The position numbers and the translations under genes are program-made. The notes beneath the pieces are model-generated. The model was not told where the DNA came from and searched no databases. It saw nothing but the letters and a program-made list of their open reading frames with translations. Below, in pieces: positions 17,730 to 30,700 of a DNA stretch of 64,000 nucleotides (positions are counted from its first letter, which is position 1; each line of letters starts with the position of its first letter). Source of the stretch: a virus. Taxonomy: Duplodnaviria > Caudoviricetes. The DNA lies in the IMG/VR virus record IMGVR_UViG_3300035199_000417, positions 893 to 64,892 of that record. The stretch is one strand, 5' to 3'.

Positions 17730-18706
17730 TATTTCTTCTTTCGCTTTCGAGATAATGTCAGCGGCATCAGCGACGATTTCCCATCAACAATCTGGACGTT
17801 TATATGTAAAAACGACTCGTCGGGTGCCACGATTTGCAAGCTGTATCCATGTCCCCAGTCGTTTATAGATGACCGGGACAACTGCCACACCGGGACAAGT
17901 GTGCAGAGGCATCCTGGGTTAGCTGCCATGATTTGGCCCACCCCAGGTTTCCGTGAGTAGCTGATGTCAGGCCGATGACTGTGTCCGAAGACTACGTTGG
18001 TGGCGTAGCGGTCAACCGCAATCCGGGCGGCGTTCTTGGCGGTGCTGACCTCATGGACGAACAAACAGTTCCCTAGCTTCAGGGTGCCTCGCTCGCTACA
18101 GGTGTCGTTGAACTGGTCTCGTCTGTAGAATTTGATCTTCCGGGTGGCGAGATTGAGGCGATACTCCGGGTCAAGCACCTCCAACAAGAGCTTCCGGTCA
18201 TCGTCGTTCGCCAGCGTGTGGCCCATGATCCATTTCTCAACCCGCTCACAGTGATTCCCCTGAATCATGTGGTACTCCGCGCTGGGGCAGCATTCCTGTA
18301 GCTCATTGAGCCACTGGTTGGCTGCATCTAAGTCCTGTGCGTAGCTATACTTAGCCTGCGAGATTGTGAACGGACTCTGGTGTTCAGCTAGAAAACCAGA
18401 ACACTCAATGTGATCCCCCAAAAGAACTACCTGGGCAATGTCCAGGGACTTGAGGTCGGCCATGCAGGCAGCCCAGGCAGCCTTGTCGAGGTGGCATCCA
18501 TGCGTATCACCAATGATCGCCCGGATATACCCCCCCTTGGGGAGTCTTGCGGGCTTGGTGGGAGGAGTGGGCTTAGTCTGCCCAATTCTAGCTAGCTGTT
18601 TTGCAATTGCCTTATTCTGCTTGCGTGATTCAGCTAGCTCCTTTCCAAGAGCATCAACCCTCGCCTCTAATACCGCGCATTCGGCCTCCAGAGCCTTGCT
18701 GTCCAT
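17729..18706 (-). CDS. calcineurin-like metallophosphoesterase
   Basis: GDTHG, LLGD, GNH, FVH, FGHSH. Confidence 0.88.
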   Translation of the reverse strand: MDSKALEAECAVLEARVDALGKELAESRKQNKAIAKQLARIGQTKPTPPTKPARLPKGGYIRAIIGDTHGCHLDKAAWAACMADLKSLDIAQVVLLGDHIECSGFLAEHQSPFTISQAKYSYAQDLDAANQWLNELQECCPSAEYHMIQGNHCERVEKWIMGHTLANDDDRKLLLEVLDPEYRLNLATRKIKFYRRDQFNDTCSERGTLKLGNCLFVHEVSTAKNAARIAVDRYATNVVFGHSHRPDISYSRKPGVGQIMAANPGCLCTLVPVWQLSRSSINDWGHGYSLQIVAPDESFLHINVQIVDGKSSLMPLTLSRKRKKK

Positions 18707-18725
18707 ACGAACCTCTTATGAAGGA

Positions 18726-21700
18726 CTACGGTAAAATCACAAGCGGGCTTGAGTGTTTCTTTTTCTGAGCGTTCCTTCTCCTGCTATCCACACTCCCTCC
18801 ACTTGCCGCCCCCAAGCGTACCCTTTGGTATGCGGGGGATGCCCTCAGTTTCTTAAGCACACGCTTAAGAGCCGGGCTGTCGCTGTATAAGGCGATCCAG
18901 GCTTCAGCCGCCAGTTTTTTCGCCTTGAACTTCTTCATCCTCTTTTGATAATCCTCTTTTTCGTCTTCGTCGGCACGGGGATCATAGATTGGCAAACTTT
19001 CAGCCATGCTAACTATCTTAGCCTGAGACCAGACCAGCCTCTCAAATGCCTCCTGAACAACTATCTCGGAGTCGTCCACGCCCCGCCCACTCTTCCATTT
19101 CCTTACTCTCCTCTTGTGATCGGCTGCTGGCGTTTCGCCCTGAATAGGTTTGGTGCGTAGTGACGGGAAGGAGGCACCAGTGGCCTCGGCCTCAATATAC
19201 TTGTCCGAAATGGCGTTCATCTTCTTGGACGACTTCTTAATCTCCTTCTCATCGTCGGCCAAGCGGGCCTCTACCAGATCGTCCCATGTGCCTGCTGCAC
19301 CCAGCTTGACCGCATGGGCAAACTTGCCAGCGATCTGGCCGTCTACATCCTTTTCCCGAACAGCTTTATTATACCCTTTATCCGTCCGATACAGAATCTC
19401 AGTCGATCCATCGTATTTCGGCTTCGAAAAGATTGCTGGTCCTGCGATTTGCCTGACAGCATGGGTGGGAACCCCGTAGTATCCAGCCGCCTGGAGCCCC
19501 TCCTGGAAGACATTCAGGAGACCAGCAGCCGCCTTGCTCTCACCCTCGTTAGGGCCGTTTTCATATCTCTCGTCGTTCCACATGATCCTCATCTGTGCGG
19601 TCACGGATGCCAGGGAATCGAAGGTGTCCTTGATGGCCGCAATCGCTACCGTCTCGCGGAGCCTCGAATCGTAATCCTCCCTGATCGGGCCCGTCACCGT
19701 CTCGACCCCGTATCCAGCTATGTCGCCGTGGATAATCCAGTTGCCAAGCATTTTGGTGGCAAACTGTTTTGGAGTGAGCCCCAACTTCTCCCAGATGCTG
19801 ACCTCTTCATCGTCGTCGCCCCATCCGCCTAACGCCCATAGTGATTGGATAAGTGTTCGTATCCCCGCCTGCATAAACGAAATCATCATCGCATTTGAAA
19901 ATTGGCTCAGAAAAACCTTCCTCAACATCTCTCTAGGGCCAATGTCTTTGTGGCTGTAATCCAGCCAAGCCTGAATGGCAATGTTCAGGTTTTTGTTTCT
20001 CTGGGTGCTATACATGGTCAGTAGTTGCACTAAAGCGTTCTGCCTGCCCTCCATTGCTAAGTCGGATACAGTCAGCGGGTTCCATGTGGGCTGAGTGTTT
20101 TCAAATACCTCCTCCGTGCGTCTGGCGGTCGCCCTGAGAAGTTCGTCCCCCGTTAACTTCTTCTTTTTCATCTCAAGTTTGGCTGCCTTCCAGACCCTGA
20201 TGACCACTCGGCTGTCACCCCACTTGATCCAACTTAAGGCTTTGTTGGAAACCCACTCGGCCTTGGTGTCCTTCATACCGTAAAATTCCCGGAAGCCAGA
20301 CGAACTGGCCGAAGGAGTGATGATCTGGTGTGCGCCGCCCCTTATCCTCGAATACAGGATGGCCGAGTGTTTCTCAATCTCCCGCATGGCCTGCCCTGAG
20401 TAATGGATGTCATCCACGCTCAAGTCACTGAAAAGTAAACTGCCGAGTTTCATGTCAGCGGCTGCTGTGACTAGGCTGGCGGTCTGGTAGGCCATGATTT
20501 GTGGTTTGAAGCCCAGTGTGCCGGTGTGGACTATCCTCTGGAACTGCCTTGTGGCCTTCGCTATGGTTCCTTCCTCGGGCATGTCCAGCCCCTGGTATCT
20601 CTTCAGCGTCTCTCGAAGCGATTCCAGCTTCTCACCACCCATGTGGACTCGCTCACGGACTTCCCCCTCTACCTGATTGAGAAGTGTTATAGCGTCCGCG
20701 ACGGCCTCTCCCTTAGCAATGAACAGAGAACTTCTATTTATGCTTTCAAAGAAGGACACCATGCCGCCCTCGATCACAAAAGCCTTTTCGCTGTGTGCGC
20801 GTGGCTTAAAGATGTGCTGGTTTTCCAGCTTCTTTTCCGTGACCCGTCGATCCATAGCGGCCTGATCCTTAGCCTGACGCTCCCTACGTCGCGGCCAATA
20901 GTCCTCCCTGCTGGCAATCTCATGCCCGAATACCTTTCGCCACTGTTTGTTTAGTGTGTCTCGCTGTGAACCGTTGACGTAGGCGAACATCGCATTTGCC
21001 ACGGCTATCATCTTCGGGTGTCTCGCGGCCTCCTTGTATATGACTCGGATGTCATTCGCGTTCAACGCCACTGGCCTCGTCTCGGTTCCCTTGCCGAGAG
21101 CGCTCTTGAAGAGGACTCCTTCGTTTTTGTTGTCGAGTATTTCAGAGCGGGTCTCGCCGTCTGCCAGATTAAGCATCAGGCCCATGAACTCGTCCATCGT
21201 CATGTCGAGTGTGGACCCGCGAGCGCGGCTGCCATCGGTACGGTCAGGCAACCTGATGGTAAAGAAGTCCTCGTCCCAGGTCTTGAGGTCTTCCTGTGTG
21301 ATTCTATTATCGGCCATCACCTCTCGCATGTACCCCTGCGCCGCCAGGGACAACTCAGCGAACTTGCGTTCCCCATCCCGGAGATTATCAACCATTACCT
21401 TTTGTGCGGCCTTGTTGCGACCAAATATTTGGACTAGCCTCGTCTGGTAGTTCAGTTGTGAGTGAGTGGCACCCTTCCACACTCGACCGGGGAGGCTGGT
21501 CCTGGCGAGCTTCCTCTCCCTCCGTTTCCCCTTACGGTCCCTCACAAATCTGCCGCGAGTCTTTCTCCATATCTTCTTGATGGCCCCTTCGGCGCTCGCC
21601 ACCACCCTGGCCGTCTCCTTGTCATTCGCATGAGACAAGAGTTGGTTCTTGATTACTGTCTGGTGAGCCGTGGCCCGGATTATCTTGGCGAGGTTTACGA

Positions 21701-24700
21701 TGTCCTGCGTGGCCATATCGCGGATGTAGGTGGCTCCCGACTTTCGTAATATCTCGTAGGCGGCGTCTTGGAGCCACGTCGGGATTTCGCCAATGTCGTC
21801 CTGCTTCATGGCAGCGTCCAGGGTGCGGACGGCCTTTGCCAGGGTGGCCTCGTTAGGTTTAGATAAGTTAAACCCGCTAAGAATCTTCTCTAGCGATTCC
21901 TGATGCTCGGTACGAAGTTTGGAGCGGCTAGACTCCTTGACGGCATCCCTGACATCCTGAATAGCAGTATTCTTATCATAATTGTCAAGTATGCGTTGAG
22001 CGGCCTTCCAGACTCGATTTAACTCCGCTGGAGTACGGGCTTTAAGGAGGGTGGGGATCACCTTGATTAGCTCTAGCTCGGGCAGTATCTCCTTCATGTA
22101 CGAAAAGAGTAAGAGCTTCGTCTCAACCATTGCCTCTTGCCCAAACAGCCAGCCCTCTTTAATGCCTCGCCGCTTACCTACTTCGTATCCCTCCGCGCGG
22201 CCCTCTCCTCTGCCGTATCTCTCGCCAGCCTTCCAGCCCCTGTCCATCCCCTTGACCAGCGCCGTGTACGAACCCTCTGCGTCCCCGGCCTTGTATCCGT
22301 CTCGCCAGCCCTTGTTCATGCCGGTGATGAGCCCCTTAAGGAACTCTTCCCTAGCCGTATCTCTAGTGCCAGCCTTGTAGCCCTTTCGATAGTGCCTCTC
22401 CTCAAACGCCTTGGCCATCCTGACAAGCATTGACGGAGTCAGCCGGGGATCGTGGTGCTTCTCGTAGCGGATGATCTCAGATGCCAGTGCCTGTCTCTCC
22501 CTCTGATTCAAACCGGCCTTCTCACCAGCGACATCTATCAGCTTTCTTACCCCGGTTAATGGTGCCCTCTTCTTTGGCGTCTCCCTAAAGGAGGCTCGCC
22601 CTGTCGGCCTCCGCTCTTGTTTTTCGACGAACGCCCTCCAGTTACTCTCGCGAATCTTTCTCGCTTCCACGTTTTGTTTCTTTGCGTTCTTCGGCGTTTT
22701 CCCATCTTTTTCCAGCCCTATCTTGGTAACCTTTTTTACGAACACAGTGTTGCCAATGGAGATTGCCTCCTCGGCCTCAAGAACCTGCTCGCCGGTTATC
22801 TTGTTGTAAAAGAACGTCGCCTTTCGTGGATCGTAGCCGATAGGAATCCAGTCGTTAATGTCAGCCGGTATCCTATGTTGTCCGCGTTTCCCCATCTCCC
22901 CCTCGACCACAGCTATTGTCGATTTCGTTGCACCTTCCGTCAGAATTTTTAGGGCCTTGCCTTCGTCGTGGCGGAACCTAACCTTACCCACAAGCCTGAC
23001 AAAGTTGTCGTACCCAATAATCGCGCCGACTTCGCCTTTCTCGGGGTCTGCTTTTATTTTTCCACCTTTTTTAAACATGCTGTGGACGGAGATGGCATAT
23101 TTCTGTGCCTTCTCGAAATATGGGATGTTGATGCGAGCGCGAACCATCTTCCCTACAAGCCCCTTGGCTCGATTTTCAAAGACTCTTCCTTCGAAGCCAG
23201 CCCGATCCTCCAACTCCCCTTTTGTCGGCTTCATGTGGGCTTCAGCTTTCAAGTGTTCCTTGTTGCTTACTTCAACTTTTTTCCACACAGGGTACTTGAA
23301 TTTCGGCCACGGCGTGGCCTTATCTAAAGGTGGCTCCCTAAACGAATAGCGGCCCTCACGCTCGGCCTCCTTAAGTTTTCGAGATGAAGCAAGCAGCTTT
23401 CGGACTTTTTGGATCGACCTCAATTCCAATTCCCTCAGTTGCTTTTCGAGTTTCGCAATCGCCGCATCGGCTGCCTCTATCTGTGAGGGGTCTGAACCCC
23501 TCATATATAGAAAGTCTCTCTCTTGTCTCTTAGCCAATAACTTGTCGCGAAGAGATTTTGCTTCTCCCGTATCCAGTACCTTCGGCTTGAATGCTTTCTG
23601 CTCCTCTGCTTTCTCTATCTTGGCCTGGATGCGGAGGCCAGCTTCTCTGGACTCGGCCTCGTCTCGCCTCTTCAGGTCAGCCAGTGTGTCTTCCCGCATG
23701 AGTGTTTCAGATAGGCCCAGTACCTCCTCAAGCGCCGTGACCGCTTTCTTGCTCTTGATACCCAGCATGTCAACAATGGCGTTGATAAACGCCTCTAAGA
23801 GATTCTTGCCACGCAGGTGTGCAAACTTGGTAGAGCGGGGAACCTTGATGGAGGCTAGAAACTTTCGAAACTCCGGGTTAGAAAATGCCTCGGCTACAAG
23901 CTCTGCCTCATTTGTAAGGCCGTAGAATTTTGAGTGCCAACTGTTAGCGGGACGGCCAAGGTTGGGGAACGCCCGCTTCTTCTCGACAAACCGCGAACGC
24001 TTTAGAATAGTGGTCAGCCTCGCATACACCTCTTTGGTTTCGGGGCCAATGTGTTTAGACCAAGCGGTGTACATTTTCCCTTTTTCAGTCTCGGGCGACC
24101 AATATCTTCCTCCTAGCCACCGCTCTAAAGTCATCGTTCGGGTGGCGGCGTGTGTCGCTTCATGTAACAGCGTTTTCAAGACAGAGGTCGTCGCGTCTCT
24201 TCTTATCCAATCCGCTCTCGCTCCCGCCCAACTTGACTTCCTAACTGCGCGTATGGCCTGCCTAAGTAATATCGCGTCAGTAAAGAGATTGATTGTGGGG
24301 ATTGTTTGATCTGGAAGCGCCTTCTTCCTATCTATTCCCTCCATTTCTTGCCATGGATCATAGTTCCCGCCTATGGTCTTTTGATCTTTTGCTTTGTATT
24401 CATCGGAACGACCCATGACCGCCAACCTGGGGACACCTGTCCGCTGTGATTGCAATATAGGGAGAAGCTCTTTCCAGAGGAGGTGCTGGGCCGTCGCGGC
24501 TTCACTTACAGAATCCCGAGCGGCTACCTCCTGGTCATACGTCCCTGCGAGGATCGCGCGCTGGGTGTCCATCATTCGATGGGGCTCATCAGGCTGATTC
24601 ATCAGACGGTCGATAGCCTCTTCCAGCGTGTCGCCCGCCCTCGGCCAGTATTTCTCCTTATGGGCTTCGAGAGTATCACGGACCATGTCGAACACGGGGG

Positions 24701-27700
24701 CGTCGGGGTCGGTCAATTTGGATGCTTCATCAAACGGATTCCAATCTTCCGCTGGATCGCGATAAGAAAATCTCTCCTGCCCCTTCTCCTGGGCGGATGC
24801 CCTAATTTTATCGGTGAGATCGAAGCCATGACTCTCCTTCGTCGTGGTGCGGTATTCCGTCTCCATTTCCCCCCCGAAGTAGTAGGACAGTAATGCCCCC
24901 GCCCTGGCCTCTTCTCCACCAGCGTGTCGGTCCATGGCTTGCGAGAATGTGAAACCCGAGTGCATGTCTGATATCATGCCTTCCAGTTCGTCCTCAAATT
25001 CCGCTGCAACAACATCAATTGAGGGCCAGTTTTCTCTGGTATGCCGAGAGGATATAAAGGTGGGGCCATCCTCAAGCCACGGAGTTTTCCAGCTTTGGAA
25101 GCCCTGCTCGCCGCCCTCAGATACGTCTGGAGCGATGTCCCGGAATTTTTCGACTTCCTCCACTGTTCGATCCGGGCCTTTGTATCCTGTACCGAAAGGA
25201 ACTTCTCCAAGGTTAACCTCAACCGTCCCTACCTTCTCCGCCTTCTTCCCTTCCTTAAACCTTCTGAGGATGCTCCCGTTAGTGTCGTTAACTAGGTTCC
25301 TGTCGTAGAATCCCTTCATCCCCTCGCCGCCAATCGAGAGGCCGTCGCCCTCAAACACGCCGCGAGGCTGTCCCGAGGCAACCTCCTCGCGTATCTGCTT
25401 GGCCATGCGGCCACCGACCACGTCATCCAGGGTGACACCCCTGTGGTGATTTATGTCTGTCATCCCCTCCAGGGGTAAGTATTCCCGGAAGACCTGCTCC
25501 CCATCTTTGAGTGCCGTAACCTTGACTTCTTTTTCCCCAACGACTCCTTCTTGCCGCACACCCACCCACTCGATACGATCCACCTTCGAACGAAGGTCGT
25601 CCTCGTATCTCTCGATCTGCACTTCGCCCGTTGTCCAGGCTACCTTGTCGAACGGCTGTCCTTTCCCGTTGACATTCGTAGAGGCCCACTGGATAGCCCT
25701 CTTCATAGCCATCATGGGCCATGTCTTTTTCCAGGGGGCGTCGGGCATTGCCCACCGCGACCGCTTAATTGAGGCTAGGCGGGCCTCTAGCGGTTTTGTT
25801 TCCGACTCGGCCTCGGCCATTAAAACCGCCACACGCGATTTGATGTCGTAGAGTTTCTGCTCGTATTGCCCAAGCACTTCAGTTTCCTCTAATGCCTCTT
25901 CCTCCTCCTTCAACTTGTTCAACTTCCCGTCCCGTTCTTTCTTGATCTCTCCTATTTTCGCTTCGAGCTTCTCGACCTCGACCTTGATCTCGATGGGGGC
26001 CTGATATCCAAATTCCTTGGACACCAGCGTCTGTGCCTTGGCCACTATCTCGTCGTGGGTGGCACTATCAGTTAAATCATATAAGAGAGGATTATCGGTA
26101 ATTTTCCTCACAAGGCTCTTGACCTCTTCCGTGCGTAGTCCTCGGGCCTTCTGGTGCCAATCACTCTGAATCTCTTCTATGAAGAGAACAACCTTCCCGT
26201 CTTTATCTGTCCGCTCGTTAAAGCGAATGTGGGCGAAGATGTTGTCTGCCTTGTCGGCATAGTGCCCCTCGGAATACGTCTCCGTGTACCTGCCAACAAA
26301 GTCCCTAAGGTCAAGCTGGCCGTCCCGGTCTAAGACATGCGGTTCTGAATAAGGTTTCGTTAAAATATCTGGGGGCAACCCAAACTTCTTAGAGGCTTTA
26401 CGAGCCCACACTGCGGCTATATTCGGATGAAAGAGTCCAATATAAGTCTCCCCAGTGGCCCGAGTTAACCTCTCCTTTTTCAGATCACCCGGTCTCACCC
26501 CGAAGTAGTCTTTGAACCTCTTGCTAGCGGCTCCACGGGCCGGGCCTCCGTGAGGGGCCAGTGCCGCTTCCCTCTCCCAATTACGGTAGAGGAGGCTGCC
26601 TTCCTTCATCACACTAAGCGCGAACTCTCTAACTTGTAGGTATAGCTTTCGTTCGAGCTTATCTCTGTCTATCTTGGGCTTGCCATTCGCATAGCGGATG
26701 GCGTACTCTTCTTGCGTTTCTTCGTTAGCGCGGTTGTACTCCTCTATCGCCTCATCTCCCCTCATCTTGTCTGCGCGACGGCGAGCAACCTGTAACGCAT
26801 CTCTAAATTTCTCAAGATGTTTTTTCTCGAACTCGGTAGTCTCCTGCTTGGCACCCATCGTCAGAAGGATGGTGCGAGGGTTCACTGCTCCGTCAAGGGA
26901 ATAAGCGCGATGTCTGTCAGCCGCTCCCTCCAGCACCACCTCATGGAGTTCGACACCGGCAGCTATTGCGTCCAGCACCTGTTGTATCGTCACCATCTTG
27001 TCTTCGCCGCCAAGAAGTTCTGCCAAGCCGCTCCAATATATTTCCTCGCTCTTGACGCCGCCCTTGTCGAGCATCTTCAGGACTTCTTTAGCGGACTTCT
27101 TGCCGCCAAACTTCTTCTGTTTAGCTATGTCCTCGGCCTTCGAGTACCAGACATCGCTAAAGCTGGCACGGCCCGCCTTCCTAAGCGTCCTCTCCGTGTC
27201 ATCTATTTCGTCCTGAAGCTGCTCGGCAACCTGCTGTAAATTAAATTCGACATTGGGACTGACGTGTACCTGGATGGCAGCCTCCTCGACAGCCTTCTCT
27301 ACGCCTCTCTCGTACTCGATGTGGGAGACCACGTCGAAGTACATATTTCGACCAGTCTGGCGGGCCAGGGAAACCTTATCAGCCCCTGGTATTTTCCCGA
27401 GCATTTCTGTCGCGGCCTGTTCCAGTTCCAGGGAGGCTTCTCGGAAGTTAGCCTTGTTGTCCCCTAACTTGGCCAGGGCGTCTGCGAAGCGAGACGTGTC
27501 TACGTCTCTTAGGCTTGCCCTTCCTGGGCCCTCAACATCGCCTTCTTCACGTCGTTCACGATCCTGTCTTGCCACTCCTTGTTCGACTCTCCAGATATCT
27601 TCTGCGTTGGCAGGGACAGAATCAGGTCTCCCTTCGAGGATTTCTTCGAGGGTTTCGGTGACGGTGAAGGTTTCGGTGGTCTTGCCTTTGAGTTTCCGTG

Positions 27701-30700
27701 TGTAGTCTTGCGGAACGATGGGGGGCCCTGTTTTGCCATCTTCTAGTTCTTCTTTCGTTTTAATTAGAGTACCAGTTTGGAGGTCGAATATAGCGTCTTG
27801 ATCGGCCCAGATAGCTGCCTTCACGGCGTCCGCATAGGACTTCAGGGGCCACGAAGCATCCAGTATGAATCGCTCTTCCTTCTCCCCGGTCTTGGGGTTG
27901 ATGTAGTTCTCATTAAGCCAACCGCCGAGGTGCGCGCCTTCCCTCTGGAATACTTCCTTGTGTTTGTCCAGATAATCCCGAAGCGACTTCTCATCGAGTT
28001 CAACTTCGGTGGGCGTCCACTCGGTCTTCTTATCGACACTGACAGCGAACCCCTTACCGGCCATCGTCGCCTGGAGGTCTGCCGTGAAGCCGTCCGGGTT
28101 CTCGCGGATGACCGTCAAGAGATCGCTTATTTTGGCGTTATCAAGGCGAGCAGCCGCCTCTTCTGCGTAACTGTATCGCCCAACGCGAACGTCGGTGAGT
28201 GCCCGTGGCTTCGACGGGGGCCTTACTTGGGTTCGGGTTCGAGGTCGCCATCCAGCATCCCATGCAACACTCGCTTTAGCACGGAGTTCAGCAGGGCCCT
28301 GCTCTCGGGCGTATGATCTGGCCCCGTCGCTGAAGAAGGCAATTCTTGAGGCTGCGTTTCCGAGGGCGTGGTAGGTTGACTTTTCGAAGAACCAGAGAAC
28401 CGCTTGCGCGTCCTGGGGCTTGAGTCCCGTTTGCTTCCCGACTTCTCGAAAGAATCTCTTGGCATACTGTCGCTCCTTTGCTGATGGGGCATCGTGGAGA
28501 CCTGTGTCTTTGTCCGGGGTATCGAACAACCCGCCAAACTCTCTGGAAAATGTCCTGATCGCCCAGCGGTCTATGGTCTCGTCGCTTACCCCATTCATGT
28601 TCAAAAAGAATGGGCCAATTTTGTCACCGAATATGTACGCACCGGGAACTATCTTGTCGGCGCGGCCACCCAGAGACATGGTGGGCGTGTCCTTATATAT
28701 CCCTCCACCTTCTATACGCGGGTCGCGAAGACTCGGTTCATTTGCCACCTTGCGGCGTATTTTGCGTAACTCTCCAACCGAATGCTCGGACAGCAAAAAC
28801 TTAAGGGTGCCCTTTACTCCCCTTTTATTAAGCATGTACTGCATCGTAGATAAGGCGTAAGCGAGAGCATTCCCCTGCTTGCCAAATATCTCATTAGATT
28901 CTGGATTGAGCTTGGGGACGATTCCGGTTCTGTCCCACTCGCCGTAAGCTAGGCCAGCAAATCTCCAGTTCAATTCGGCGGCGTTTCCATTAGATGTGAT
29001 GGCCGCGAGCATTGAGAACACGGCCCTGGCCTGCTTGTAACCCTTTACGTTTCCCTTTAGCTCCGGGAAGATTTGTGAAGTGATGTCATACGCCGCTTTC
29101 ATGTCAAGGTTGTACCAGTCTACTCCAGTGTTTTCCTGCTGGAGTTGGTATCTTGCGTTAGCTACAGCGCGAGACACCGCTGCCGCGAAATCGGCGGGGT
29201 CTTCATAGTTTGTCCGTGGCCGGTTGATGGCTCTCCCCACGTCGGCAACTGTGATCTGTTTGCCCTTCTTTCCTCCAGATGGAACAACCTTTCCAGCATT
29301 TACCAGCAAGGCCCTCGCCTCTCTGTCTTTTTTCGTCGAGGCTTTGGCCGTGCGGTCGAGACCGGCCTTGTATGAGAAGCGGGGGGCATACGAGAAGCGG
29401 GGGGCAGCCACCGGCTTCTTCCCATCAAGAACGTCGTCCAGTTCATCTACCTGGGCCTTTACCCTTACGAATGACTTCCTAGCCGCTGTCTCAGGGGCCG
29501 CTGTCATTCCAGAGGGCTCGGCTGCGGCCAGTTCAGAGAAGACCTTCTTAAACGCCTTCGCGACTTTCTTGGGGATTCCCCTGTTCTCTGGGTCAAACCC
29601 CGTGACAAATCGTACCATTGCATGGAGGCCCCGTCTGGCCAGATTCGGGTCTTCGCTTCTGATGTAAGCTGCGATCTCGGCAGCGTGTTGCATATGTTCT
29701 AGATATTCTGACAGGGCCTCTTCTGCCATAAAATCAGGATCATTCATATTCTTCTTGTGTGTGACTATCTGTTCCTTAATGGCCGCTATTCTGTCCTTTA
29801 GCCAATTCCTTTTCGGCGATTCAAGCCAAGCCTCGTACCCGTGAGAGATACGAGGCCCCGGATCGAACATCGAGGCAAGTTCCTTTTCCAGTTCCTCCAG
29901 GGTCGCTTCCAGATGCTCCAACTCAGTGACCATCTTTTCCCGATATTCATGCCTCGACGCAATTAACCCCTGCGGGTCTCTTTCTTTAACTGTGTCGTAA
30001 ACGTCCTGCCATAACTTCTTCTCAACCTCACTGTTTTTCGCACCCCGCTTCAACGAGTGCATAAACTCATGGAACCCAACCCCGAATAGCATGTTAGGGT
30101 TCATTTCACTAACGAGATGCGAAGCGATATAGACGGTGTCCCTGTCTTCACTGTACCCATTAAATTGCCTTGCGGGGGTTTTTACGATTACAAGACGGAC
30201 ACCTGCCGAAGTTAAGATTTTCTCAAGTTCAATCTCGTTCTTTCCGTAGGTCAGGGGATTCGCAATCGTTGGAGCGCCCTCACCCTCGATGAAGAACATC
30301 TCGGGAACAGTTTCTTTTTTTCCTAACAAAACGTCTCGGGCCTCTGCAATCGAGAGATACTTCACCTTCGAGTCTGGTAACATTGACTTCAAAATCATTC
30401 TTTGCCACTTCTCTTGCTCCTCTGCAAATCTCTTCGCCCGCTCCCGCTTCTTTTCTATCTTTGCCAACTCTACGTCATCAACGGCCTCGCCCTTCGTCTT
30501 ATCCAACTCAGTCTGTTGATCCCCCTCATTCTTTTTATGTGCCTCTGCCGCCTCGGTCATCGCGGACACCGCTTCGACTGCGTCCTTTCTCTCCTGTGTT
30601 ATCAGCCCCTCCCCCTTCTTCGGTTCCGTCGTCTTCCCCTTTTTCCTGTCGCGGAAGCTGGCCCTTCCCTTGTCCTCTCCTTTAGCCTTCGCCTCCGCTC

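Noticed and set aside
23371-23404. loxP/dif-like recombination site (34 bp)
   Set aside because: The length matches but there are no inverted arms around a spacer; kept only as a direct repeat
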